The notes below the pieces were generated by a model. That model worked only from the letters and a program-made list of their open reading frames with translations, was not told the DNA's origin and did not search any database. The position numbers and the translations under genes are program-made. Of a stretch of 64,000 nt of DNA, positions 10,757-22,600 are shown piece after piece. This DNA is from Yuukianura sp. NJ FZ-2021. Its lineage: Eukaryota. The stretch lies in the NCBI GenBank assembly GCA_046563655.1, contig CM102290.1:5952001-6016000 (forward strand), in the 5' to 3' direction. How positions within the stretch are numbered: position 1 is the stretch's first letter; the number at the start of each line of letters is the position of its first letter.

Positions 10757-12080
10757 TTTTTAGTCTTCTGGAGACGCACGTCTACGACGTGCTGAAGAAG
10801 ACTATTGATACGACTTTGTCCGTCTGTCACGTTTTTTAGTACTCATTGCACTGAAACATTAGCCCCATCGCAGTCGGGGAGTTATGTACGGCTCAAGTGT
10901 TTTCAGTAGGTCTACATTGCACTCAAAGTGTTAAATTAACAACGTAAAACTTGGCGGCTACTTTACGTACCCGCAGTATCGTGGCTCCGCAAACCTGTTT
11001 TGGTTTCGATTGCACTCAAACTATTTATACACAACGGAGTTTTGATCTGGTCACTTTCTGGCACTATGTTTAATTACGTTGTTAAATTAAGACTGATCAG
11101 AGGGTGGAAAATCCGGCTTAAATGTTTAATATGTGAATAGTGCATAGCATGGGTCAAAATTGCACTTAATAGAAATTTTCATAATTTCGATTTTCACAAT
11201 CGATATTCGACCCCTCACTCCAGCGTTTCTTTTTGTGCATGTTGCACACTTATGACCAATAGGGATACACAAAACGTTGAATTGTGCATTTCCATAAACC
11301 AATTTTGATATTCTATATTCTATATAAAAGGTATATTCGACCCCTGCCCCTCAACGTTCTATTTTGTGCACACTTATCAGTAGATGTACATAAATGCCGA
11401 ATTGCGCAGTTATTTTGACCCTGTGCAATTGACGTTGCTATTTGTGCATACTGGAGAACAGCTGCACATACATCTTATAGAATGGTTATTAGATCCGAAT
11501 ACTTGTGCATTTACATGAACAGATTTAAGGGCTTACATAACCTAACCTAATTTTGTGCACACTTTAGAACAATTCGATGTGAAAATATTGTGCATAATAT
11601 CAAAATAATTGTGAAGAGACTGTAAACTGTTCAGAGCTCAAGTTCAACAACATTTCAATGCAAACGGTTTTTTCACATTTTGGTGCAACTCTTACACAAA
11701 ATAGGACCTCACATCCGCACAGAAAACTTTGAGCCACGTTTTGGTGCATTACTAACTCTATGAAAACGGTTTCTTAGTTCTTCTAGTTTTGAAGCAAGCG
11801 GGTTTAAGTCACATGAATTGTCAACACCCTCCAGAAGACCTATGCTCAACCCTTGAGCATCGCCCTACCTTGTTTCACATTTTAGTGTAATTCTGTACAA
11901 ACACGCCCCAAATCTGCACTGAAGATTATGAGCGAAGTTTCGTTGCACAAGTCTTGTGAAAACGGTTTCTTAACGTTTTTCTTGAACGCGTTCGCGGATA
12001 GCCGGTCTAAAAGCCGTATCAATTGCCAACTCCCTCCAGAAGACCAATGCTCAACCCTTGAGCATCGATCTACCTTGTTT
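10757..12080 (+). mobile_element. HINE family 2 copy with duplicated 3' end
   Basis: 5' tttttagtcttctggag plus GTCC repeat; two successive 3' modules ctccagaagac + hairpin atgctcaacccttgagcat near 11829-11861 and 12033-12065. Confidence 0.7.
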
Positions 12081-12943
12081 CAATTTTTGACTGTAAATAA
12101 TTAAATTCATTTGGAGGTAACGTGTAACTTCGGCCTTGTCAATTTTCAAGAACTGCCTCCATTATATCTAGAAAGCAAAACAGTGCAAATTAGGAATTCG
12201 AAGCGGCTTTGATAAAAACGTATTTCCTACAGAACACTTCGGTAGCACGTCGTATCATCGAATTAATTACTTCGAATAAATTACTGGGAAACGAATAACT
12301 TCGAAAGGTCATTTACTGCGAAAGGCGCTTTACTTCGAAGACCGACTACTACAAGTCGAATTACTGCGACGGTCGAAGTACTGCGAAAGTTGAATAACTG
12401 CGAAAATTGAATTAACTGCGAAACAAGGTTACCACTCTGATATTATATTATAAACAGTGATTAGAGGTTTTGGCTAGGTTATGTTATGTCTGTATTTCAT
12501 TTGTTGTAATTCAACTTTCGCGGTAATTCAACATTCGCCGTAATTTGATTCTTAGTACTTTGCTTTCGAAGTAAAGTACCTTTCGCAGTAAATGATCTTT
12601 CGAAGTAATTCGTTTCGCAGTAATACGCTTCGCAGTAATTCATTGGATGAAATGGAACACAACACTTCTTTTTAAACTCACATTGCCCAACTGCAATCCA
12701 ATTCACAATGTCTGCCTACACTGAACTTAGCCAGTATTTGAAACTTGGACAATATTTTAACGTTTGCCCATACAATCTGGTCCGTATGAAATCAAAACAG
12801 TGGATAATTGAACTTGTTCCACACCGCATACTCCAGAAAGTAAATCTAACACACCCATTACTTCGCAAAACTGAGTACATCGTGGCTCAATCCATTCCGT
12901 TACAAGCTATAGCAAAACGTAGTCACCCTTTAAACTTTGCCGC

Positions 12944-13544
12944 TGAAAGGATATGGCCCAAAACCCTATCAAAACGGTACCCGGTGCGATTCGAATGAAA
13001 TTTTAATCAGTTGTTAGGGTCGATGTTGGGATCATTTGTGCAAATTTTCAGCCCCCTAGAAACGATAGGTCACGGGTCACGGGGGGTCGAAGGTCACCAT
13101 GTCATCCTATGACAACCCCATGCAAGTAGCATATCGTTGGAAAGATCTTGATGTCCTGATTCAGAAAATGTATATATCTCAATATCTATGACGTAAGACA
13201 ACGAAGTTATGGCGCCAAAAGTCCAATGGTGTGAAATTCGGAAGCGGGCGGACTAGCGACTTCGAATTTCTGGCGCCATAACTTCGTTGTCTTACGTCAT
13301 AGATATTGACATGTATACATTTTCTGAATCAGGAGATCAAGGGCTTTCCAACGATATGCTACTTGCATGGGGTTGTCATAGGATGACATGGTGACCTTCG
13401 ACCCCCCGTGACCCGTGACCTATCGTTTCTAGGGGGCTGAAAATTTGCACAAATGATCCCAACATCGACCCTAACAACTGATTAAAATTTCATTCGAATC
13501 GCACCGGGTACCGTTTTGATAGGGTTTTGGGCCATATCCTTTCA
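12944..13544. mobile_element. Foldback/MITE forming a ~600-bp near-perfect palindrome
   Basis: Arms of ~275 bp (tgaaaggatatggcccaaaacc... / ...ggttttgggccatatcctttca) around a ~50-bp centre; a related diverged copy lies at ~55330-55861. Confidence 0.8.
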
Positions 13545-14568
13545 CTTGGCGTCCTCACAGGCTTTGAAATCTACTCGGAACTACTTTGGAATACCGACTA
13601 CACTGTGACTACATTACTTTTGTTAACGGATTTCTCAAACTTGAGCACGACACACGTTAGTTATACTAAAAAACTATTTCAGATTAAAATATTTCTTAAA
13701 ATTGAATTGGAAACACTAATTTATTTCTTCAACAGGCAAAACATTTGGTGATAAAATTTGTCGTGAACAGATTGACAACGTTGTTTACTTCTATGTCCAC
13801 TTTTTCAAATTATCGTTTTACCCTGTTTGTTTATGTGCCAATATTCGTTAGTTTAGCCGCATTTACTGACTTGTTCTTCATAGGTTTAATTATGCGTGTA
13901 ATTTCAATTTTAATTGGTAGCAATATTAGCGCAGTAGTTTTGGTAAGCGTTGTGGTAACTGTAACAGGAAATTTTGTTGTATTTTGGGGTTTATTTAGTA
14001 TGCTTTGTATTCTTTAATTGCTCACATCCATTCAGCAGTGGCTGAAGACGCTAGCCACACTTCAAGAGTCGTGTACAAGTGGCATTCAAAAGCAGAAATT
14101 TCGTCAATTGTACAGAGCAATGCAGCCCAAGTTGCCATAGACGATGATTTAGTAATGTATACGGTTACTTCTGCGCTACATTGGTACAGTTTTTACGCTG
14201 ATTCCTAATCGACCCAATTATTACTGCGTATTATGTATGTATTTTACGCAGCAATTGCATGTACTGCAAGTCAAACGCGGAAGCAATGCTGCATAAGTGA
14301 ATGCCTTTGACATAGTGAAATTCCGTGGAATATCTCGTTATTGAAACATAGTGTAGAAAGTAGTGATGTTCTGTTATGCATAGAAACTATACTGTTTCTC
14401 CATACAGCAGGAGTAAGCATAACGACATTAATGTTTCACTTCTGAAACCGCGGGGCGAATCTCACATTGAGAATGGATGATGCAACGAGCTGTGTTGACC
14501 GTTGCTCAATCTTTTGTTTCAACTTTTGTTTAAACTAGTTTGTACATAGTATTAGATTAGAACACGAC

Positions 14569-15100
14569 ATGGCCCGGAAAAACTTTTCTGTCGTGTTTTT
14601 CTTTCAAGAGAATCGATACTCCCTTGTGCCATCAAACTGGTTAATTGACACTGAAGAAGGACTTGAAGTAGCATGGCCTGGAAATAAAAAAACAAAGCTC
14701 TACTGATTCGTACTACGGAAAGTCTTCCTGACGACAATTGGAAAAAATACCCAGTTCACTTTATCAAATCGTACGGTGAGGAGATAACATAGATTAGACA
14801 TTTTAGTATGCAAGTTAGCAAAATGCACTTAGGACCAACTTAATAATTATATGTTATCCCAATACAGATTCATATGATAGGGGATGTAAATGCTGCGACT
14901 TTGAAGAACTCAAAATCACTAGAAATCATCGACTCAAGCGACGATCTTGGACCCTCGAGACAATCATCTTTTCAAAACATCGCCCCTCCTGTACCAACAA
15001 CATTCCAAATTCTTCCGTCGGCTGTGGCAACGATTGTCCAAGACCAAGAGACAGACTCCGCCCCGACTACAACTCCGACAGCTGGTTTATTTTCTGGTTA
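14569..15100 (+). pseudogene. Frameshifted fragment of a transposon-associated protein (resembles the N-terminus of DUF4806-type proteins)
   Basis: MARKNFSVVFF...LVPSNWLI...AWPG / frameshift / PDDNWKKYPVHFIKSY followed by a GT donor; family call is from motif memory only. Confidence 0.35.
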
Positions 15101-15622
15101 GTTCTTGAAAATGTATATATCTTAGTAATCTCATTAGATTTTAAACACTTCTACGTTAAGTAACTCATACGGTACAAAACAATTAATTGTCACTTTTGCA
15201 TTGCATTTCTTAGAATTAGTTAAACTTCATAATTGTTATGCTAATCTAGCACTGTTAGAATAAATTCAATGTACGATTTACGTTGAGTTTGCAATAAATA
15301 AAATGTACAAACCAAATCTGTGACGAAGCTGTGTGTAAACAACGCGTTATTTGTGTGTTTTGAGTGCTGTATCAGCATTGATTACTAGGTGAAGCATTTC
15401 GACTTATGATTTCATCATGGAATACATGCTGTGGGTGTGAGCGATGTGAGGAAACGGGATGCACCATTTACACGGAATTTACACGCGTGTAGATTTACAC
15501 TACTTTAACTTCATGTATTCGTCACTTCCAAGTAGTTAGGATTTGCCGTGTAAACTTGGGGCAAATACTCAAATTTTACTCATGACAAACTCTTAACTCG
15601 ATCAGTATGTAATCATCGTGTA

Positions 15623-16048
15623 ATGGCAACTTGGGAGGTATTTAGTGCAATTTTTCATGACAAGCAAAAGTGGTGGATTCAAATGGCTTATTGCATAGAC
15701 ATACTTGCTATCATTTCGTTTTCATTTGCAATATTCAAAAGCAACTGGCAAGCAAACCCTGTGATACCACTCATCTTCACAATGATGGATATCATAGCAT
15801 TTACTAGTGGGTTTGTCATTTGTCAACAAGCTGTAAATCTTAGAGCATATTCTGAGCGTTACTACACTTCAAAAAACAGTAGGAATTTAGCACGTACAAA
15901 GTATGAGAATAGCTTTAGGAGATCCTGCAAACCAATTGTTGTAACCGTTGGTGACCTTTTTACAATTTCAGAAAAAGATTTCTGCCTTGAAACATACGGA
16001 AATATTGTTCTTAACACTACGATTAGTCTTTTCTTAACGTTTCACTGA
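15623..16048 (+). CDS. C-terminal part of a gustatory-receptor-like 7TM chemoreceptor (5' part missing or disrupted; possible N-terminal remnant from 12708)
   Basis: Several hydrophobic segments and terminal RSCKPIVVTVGDLFTI...IVLNTTISLFLTF, which resembles arthropod GR-like C-termini. Confidence 0.5.
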   Translation: MATWEVFSAIFHDKQKWWIQMAYCIDILAIISFSFAIFKSNWQANPVIPLIFTMMDIIAFTSGFVICQQAVNLRAYSERYYTSKNSRNLARTKYENSFRRSCKPIVVTVGDLFTISEKDFCLETYGNIVLNTTISLFLTFH

Positions 16049-16323
16049 ACCGTTGCAACACATTGTAATGTAATTGAGTATTAGTTATTATAAAGTTCTC
16101 TTCAGGCTCTCCTACACTTTTTGATTGAAACGTTACAAACATTTGGAATTATTTTTTCATGGGCAATTATATATAGTAACTGACCTCAATGTAGCAATGA
16201 AACACCTTTGTAACAGCAAACAGCTTCTCAGCAACATTGATTACATTTAAAAAAATTGAAGTTTAACGCCGGAGAACGTAAGTTATCATGCCGATCCACT
16301 TTGAGCAGATATTCATTGTTTCC

Positions 16324-18565
16324 TCACAGGTAGACAATGTTATTATGATAGTTAGGAGATACTACGAAAAAGCCAACAAGGTCGTTGAATGTGGGACGAA
16401 GCGAACGATCCTGGTGCCAACATTCGTTCATTTTGTTGTAACTAAAATAAAACAATATTTTCAAAACCTTCAAAAATTTGAAAAATATATGTTGTAAAAA
16501 AATTCTACGAAAACAGTTTATTACATTTGTTCAGACGCGTGTACAGGTTGTGGTGGTCTCACACCAGATTTCAATAGGACAAGGAAATCTCTTGACCAAT
16601 TGTGGCTACCGTATGGGATGTCTCCCATTGAATAAATTTCCCAAACCGTGATGCCGAAAGACCACACGTCGGATTTCGTTGAGAACTCTCGCCGCTCCAG
16701 TGACTCTATGGCCATCCATCGCCATGGCAACGGTTCTTCGCCAGTTTTTACATAGGTGTAGGCCTGTAGAGTGCGCGAAAGGCCAAAGTCAGTTATGCGT
16801 ATTGTTAGGTCATTGGCTACTAAAACATTCCTAGTTGCCAAGTCAGAATGAATTATCTAAAAAATTAGAGAGAATACGCAATATATTTAAAGCAAAAAAT
16901 AAAATCAGAACAATCCAATCAAGTTACTTTTTTGTTCTCAGATATTCCAATTGCACTGGAAATTTGGAATGCCGCCCATTCTGATTGCATAACATTTGTA
17001 ATGTTTAGTTGCTTCGAGTTGTTCGATTCATTTCTAAAAAGCATAAAAATTTGCAATCTTAGTGACCATACATTACGCTGAAGGTTATAGGTTAGAATTT
17101 CTTAAATTACTCTATTACTCTTGCAATTCTGTCGAATGCTTCGAACTGCGAAGCAATTTCTCAAGGCTTCCGTTGTCACAAAATTCCAGTGCTAGATACA
17201 CCTCACCACGACTGATTTTGCGCGTAGAAGCTCCCACAAATCGAATGATATTCTGGTGCTTACCAATGTGAATCATTAATTTGATTTCCGACAGAAGACT
17301 GTTCAAGTCCTGTTTCTGACGGTGCCTGTCCACCCCTGGCCCTAATGACTTTATACTTTTAAATGCTACAGTTTCCTCTTTGTCTTCCAGCTTCACGAGC
17401 CCTTTATACACAATTCCAAATTGTCCTTCCCCCAAAACAGTCGAGCGATCTGAAAATTGGCCTTAAGTGACGAATATGGCAACTTGAGTTAAATGCATTA
17501 GCTTTACCAATTTTCATCGCAAATGATGGAAGCTCGTATGAAGCGTCGTACGGGAAACCTTCGTAAAAGGTTTCTGTTTCGTTTTTGTCATGGACTTGTG
17601 CAGTATGTCCATCTTTGAATTGCAGCCACTCATCAGTCGTAAGTACTGAATTGTTCTTCTGTCGTATCTGAAACAATAGTGTCGGAAGGTCGTAATATGT
17701 TAGTTAGGCAAATGTGTTATTACAGTTTTTCTTAAAAGAGGATTATACTACAACATTACACAAGTAACGAAACTTACTTTGTACCCGCAAAAGGCGCCTA
17801 GGAGTACTGCGGCGCCGACAAATGCCGGGATAACAAAACTCAAAATGTTGATTGTGTCTGTCTTAGTGTCAGATACACTACGATGTATCGGCAAGTAAAC
17901 CACAAGACGAGTGGTAAAATTTTTCCTTGTGTTCTCATCAAACCTTACTTCACATGTGTAGTTGTCTCCATCCGCTTCTGAGACATTGTGAATATCAAGC
18001 CGACCGTCCCCGAAACACTGAAACCTACCATCCGTACAATTGACTAACACTTCTCCTTTGAACCATTTGACTGTCATGAATGCGGAGACATGGACAGCGT
18101 TGCAAAGAAAGTGTGCAGTTTGTTCTATTGCAACAGGTTCCATCTTTTGTTGCTCTGAAACAATAAGTTCGACAAGAAATATTTAACTTCAAAGTTGCTA
18201 CGGCAACCACCAATCTACAACTAATCTACAAGTATAATAAACAATTTGTTTGTTTGTTTACCCACCTTGCTTAACTTTTTCATTAATAATTCTTTGCGTT
18301 TTTACCTGTTACAACAAGATGTACATGTTGCGTTACTCTTCCACATATTGTTTCCGCAGAACATGTATAGACTCCTGCCTCTTCCATTGTTGGAAATTTT
18401 ATAATCAAATCCAAATTCTCATTGAAGTTAGAGGCGGCAATAACCTGCCCCGCTTTGTTCCACAGCTTGAACGGTTTCCAGGGTGCCCGAATTTCACAAG
18501 GCAGGTTACTCACTTCAAACTGCGTGAGAACGACAGTTCTATTTTCCAACGGTAGCGGATTTGTA
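16324..18565 (-). CDS. Ig-domain receptor tyrosine kinase (PDGFR/VEGFR/FGFR-like), multi-exon; 5' exons uncertain
   Basis: Two Ig domains (W...GVYTC; KWFK...DGDNYTC), TM ILSFVIPAFVGAAVLLGAFC, GEGQFG, VAFK, HQNII, HSDLATRN, DFG, LPWRWMAIES, SDVWSFG, and last exon CWHQDRSLRPTF. Confidence 0.85.
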
Positions 18566-19192
18566 CCTAAGAAACACAGCTCAAAAGATATGTGGAGCAG
18601 TGTAAGAAGAAACATTTGCGGGTAAGCAGATATAAAGCAGAGTGTTGATTTTTTTCTAAAATAATGATTTTTTGGTTTAATCAATATTTGATTTAAATCA
18701 GGTACAGAATTTTAGAAAGTGCCTCAGTGCTAGAAAAACGAAAAATAAGTTGAAATTTGCAGGAACGAAATATGCTTAAATTCGGTACCTCACTTTTTCG
18801 GTACCTCGGAGTTTTTTTTTGTTGATAATTTTTCATGTATATATTTTTTATATGAGAGATGATATTAATAAAGTATATGATTTTTTAAATTTGCAGTTTG
18901 CTGATGTGGTTTTTAAATCGTAACACATTGAAACACCAAATCAACACATTGCTTACACTCACAAATTCAACCAGTGTACGTCACTTATTGAAATTTCAAA
19001 ACGTATCACTTCAACGTCCCATTCAAATTGATCTGTTTGGATTTAGCCTCAAAGTTTTCGAAACGCGGTTGATATTTTCCAAAATTTCAAGAACTTATAC
19101 AAAATCAGCTGTATTCGCTTATTGAAGGGAAGAATTAACTCAACGTTAAGCTCGCGGATAAGTAAAGTTAACTACAGGACGGTCGAGTTTGA

Positions 19193-19870
19193 AGCCCAAT
19201 TTATACTTTTTTTCCTTTTCCCGAGGAAAAAAGCCGGGCAAAGTTGCCTTGGGAATTTTTTGAGTTTCACCAATTTATACTTTTCCTCTCAACTCTCCCT
19301 CAACAATTTCCCTGGGATTTTCTCACACAAATGTTGACCTTTGTCCTGGAGAAAGTATAAATTGGTAGAGGAAAAATGTGTGTAAGTTGTCTTTGTCGAG
19401 AGAAAAAAGGAGACAATCGCCTTGACAAGTGTCCGAATCAGACAGTTGTCAAGGCAATCAAAGTCTGATAGTGATAATCAACGCTTTCCCGGGAAAAAAG
19501 TAGGATTGAGTTTAACTTGGAAAACGCGAGGAGAAAACAAAGCTATGGAAAAGCATATATTGTTTTCCCTATAAAATCCTTTTCCCTCGCGTCCCCCGGG
19601 AAACGGTTTTCCATCGAGGAAAAAAAGCATAAATTGCGTTTCCCATTCGTTGCCAGGGAAATTTTCGTACGTATCATGTAATTTGGTCTCAAGTAAAAAG
19701 GTCGCAAACGCAGAGGTCGGCAATTGTATATGGGCTATTTCTTTCGGTTAGGTTAGGTTTCTAATGCTAAGGCTAGGTTAGGTTTGCCGACCTTTGCCTT
19801 TGCGACCTTATTACTTGCGACCAAATTACATGGAATCTTTCCCTGAAAAATGGCGAGTATAAATTGGGCT
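19193..19870. mobile_element. PIF/Harbinger-like MITE with a nested smaller MITE (~19670-19837)
   Basis: TIR agcccaatttatact/agtataaattgggct with 3-bp TGA on both sides. The nested element has catgtaatttggtc/gaccaaattacatg ends and TTAGG repeats in its centre. Confidence 0.65.
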
Positions 19871-20249
19871 TGAGAGGTTATATATATGCGAAATGCTCGA
19901 CATAATTACTAGAGCATATACAATAAATTTATCGTGCATCTAAGCAACTGTACAATTCAATTGATCACGTTGAATATTAAGACGAGGTTGAAGCGATAAA
20001 TTATGAAATAAAAATGAATATTTGAGTAGACCAGTTGTTTAATTAAACGTTAAAAACCAAATCAACAAACTGCACAGCAAAAAGAAATGAACTAGTAGTT
20101 ACAACAGAACGTTCTATTAACTTACACAGCGAAAAGGCAGCTACATCTTCATTTCTGTTTACCGTGTTTATTCCAAACCCGTAAACTGTAAACGTCTTTG
20201 CTACGTACACCAATTTCAGGAATCTGAAATTACGCCCCACTTTAACTTC

Positions 20250-21059
20250 TCATCTTGCATTCCCCGTCGCTCTTGTTTCACTGTTAAGTATTCTGAAATA
20301 GAGCAAGTCGGTAAAAGTTATTATAAACTTCTCTGCCCGTACAACCGTTAACGTCGATCCTGGTATTTCTACCATGGAAACGTCTGTATTTTCCATAACA
20401 AAAGTATTTCCCGGTGTTTTCTTCAAAACATAACAGTGGGTGCCTCGACGCCTAGGGATGAACCAAATGTTACCGTACACATCCGTCATCGTTAATGAAG
20501 GAATGGACTCTTTTGGTTTGAAAGGGTGTGTAATGTTTTGAATTTGCTGCGAACGGATGTCAAATAGCATTACAGAAAATTCTTTTTGAAATTTAGTGAC
20601 AAAAAGGATTGCAGAGCATTTCCGCGTCAGTATTGGGTCAAATAATTTAGAGACTTTATGTAACGGAAAATTTATTACTGTATGTCTCCGTTCAGTTCCT
20701 ACACTAATTTGATTTAATGTTCCATCTTCTTGCATCAAGTAAACGTCCCCGTCACAATCGCCATCAGATGGAAGTGAGAATTGTATTGGTAAATTCAACG
20801 GCGAAGCTTCCGTAAAGTTAGGAACAAGGGAAAAGAGAGACGATGAAACAGAATATTTTGAGGGTTTCCTTGTTATGATCGTCGCACTTCCTGGATAAAC
20901 TTCAGTGGCTAAGTAGTATATTGTATCATTGCCGTCAAACGAAGGCTGATCTACAAATGTTATACGAGGATCATGACCCAACTGTTCACTAGCTATTGGA
21001 TGTATTTTTAAGTAATTTAAATAAACCAGTTGGAAAGTAAAACTCAAGAATCTGATCAT
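20250..21059 (-). CDS. Unknown ORF, possibly an extracellular N-terminal exon of the RTK
   Basis: Long non-repetitive ORF with a hydrophobic start (MIRFLSFTFQLVYL) and N-x-S/T sites, on the same strand as and upstream of the RTK; no recognisable domain. Confidence 0.4.
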   Translation of the reverse strand: MIRFLSFTFQLVYLNYLKIHPIASEQLGHDPRITFVDQPSFDGNDTIYYLATEVYPGSATIITRKPSKYSVSSSLFSLVPNFTEASPLNLPIQFSLPSDGDCDGDVYLMQEDGTLNQISVGTERRHTVINFPLHKVSKLFDPILTRKCSAILFVTKFQKEFSVMLFDIRSQQIQNITHPFKPKESIPSLTMTDVYGNIWFIPRRRGTHCYVLKKTPGNTFVMENTDVSMVEIPGSTLTVVRAEKFIITFTDLLYFRILNSETRATGNAR

Positions 21060-21440
21060 TTTAGAAGAAAAAAACTTAGAAGTAACGTAGGTAATGTCAG
21101 AATTGTACAATTGAAATGTAAACTGTAGTTTACTTGCTGAGTATAAATATGTTAATGCTGAAGAAGCATGAAGCATTCGAAAAAAAAAATAAAAATGAGG
21201 TTGACCATATTTCCGTTGATGCAATTCCGCTTGCATTTGTCATTGCAAGATTTCGTTTACTTAGAACTCGCCTGAAGGAAGGCTTGAAGGAAGTGAGTAG
21301 TATTTATTTCCTATGGACTATGACCCTAGGACCCCGCGTTGAGGTCAGAGGTCAACCTAAATAAAAATTGGGGAAATGTTTGCGTTGACGTCTGACTTCA
21401 ATGAGTCAGGTCATAGTCCACAGGACAAAAAAGAGTTCCC

Positions 21441-22348
21441 CATAGAGTTACAAAAACAATTCGATTTTTTTTCCTTTAACTAGTGGACATAAGTCATTTT
21501 TTCAACAAAATTTTTGAAGCATCTACAAGCCAGGTTCACACAAACTATGAATTGCAGGTGTCATTTTTTAAAATTTCGAAAATTATTCGCGAATTCACGA
21601 AAAAGTTAAATCTAGGGTTTTGTTTTTGAGAAAAACTATCAACCCTAATCTGTGATCCTGGAAAATGCGACTAGTAGTGGTGTGGACGCAGAGAGTAACT
21701 ATAGATTAGTTAATTTAACGTTCAAATTTACTTTAGGTGTGTTTAAGTACTGGAAACTATTTGGAAGTAGGGGAGATTTTATTTTACAGCAGAGTTTAAA
21801 TTGGAAAATTGGAAATACTATGGATCTAACACTACTGACCTCTGAAAATTATAGTTTTTTATACAAGTGTTACGAATAGTAGTTGGGTTTAGCTTAATGG
21901 TTTCCTGACTGGCAATGTAATGAAACCTAATCTTACAGTAAGTATTGTCTAATGACCAATGGAAATTTTTTATCGAATTTGTAGTTGCTTAAGATATTTA
22001 AATGTAATTTTATTCAAATCAGCTGCGCAACCCATTAAGAATAACTTTTTGGGTTGATGAGCCATCTTCTTGACACACCACTTGTCAAAATTACTGCCAT
22101 AACATACATGGACAGATATTTTTTTTTCTAGAAAACCAACTTTACACAATTTTGACAATTTTAGAACTTTTCAGAAATTAACGCTTCAATTTCATTTTTA
22201 TCGTGAGAACCGGGCTTAAACTGCAGATGAAAGCTGTTTTTATCCGCTCTGATCCGCTCTAGAAATGCTTCAAAACTTTTGTTGAAAAAATGCAGTATGT
22301 CCACTCTAGTTAAAAGAAAAAAAATCGAATTGTCTTGGTAACTCTATG
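21441..22348. mobile_element. P/hAT-like MITE (CATAGAG termini), copy 1
   Basis: Termini catagagtta.../...taactctatg; 8-bp TSD gagttccc/gacttccc (7 of 8 match); ends shared with 33776-34612. Confidence 0.75.
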
Positions 22349-22600
22349 GACTTCCCTCGTCATTCTGTACTTCGTACACTTGAATTTCTGTACGAATTCA
22401 CACTTGAATTTCTGTACTACGAAAATTTTCGAGTCCCGATTCTCAAAAAAAAAATGGGAAGAGGAGACCCTTGGGGTTTAAAAAAAAAATTTTTTTTTGC
22501 TCCAAACGTTACAAAAACGTAGAAAAAACGAGAAAAAATTTTTCGAAAATTTTGACCAAAAAACTTGGAAAAAAGTTTCGCTGCCCCAGAAAGGAGGTTA

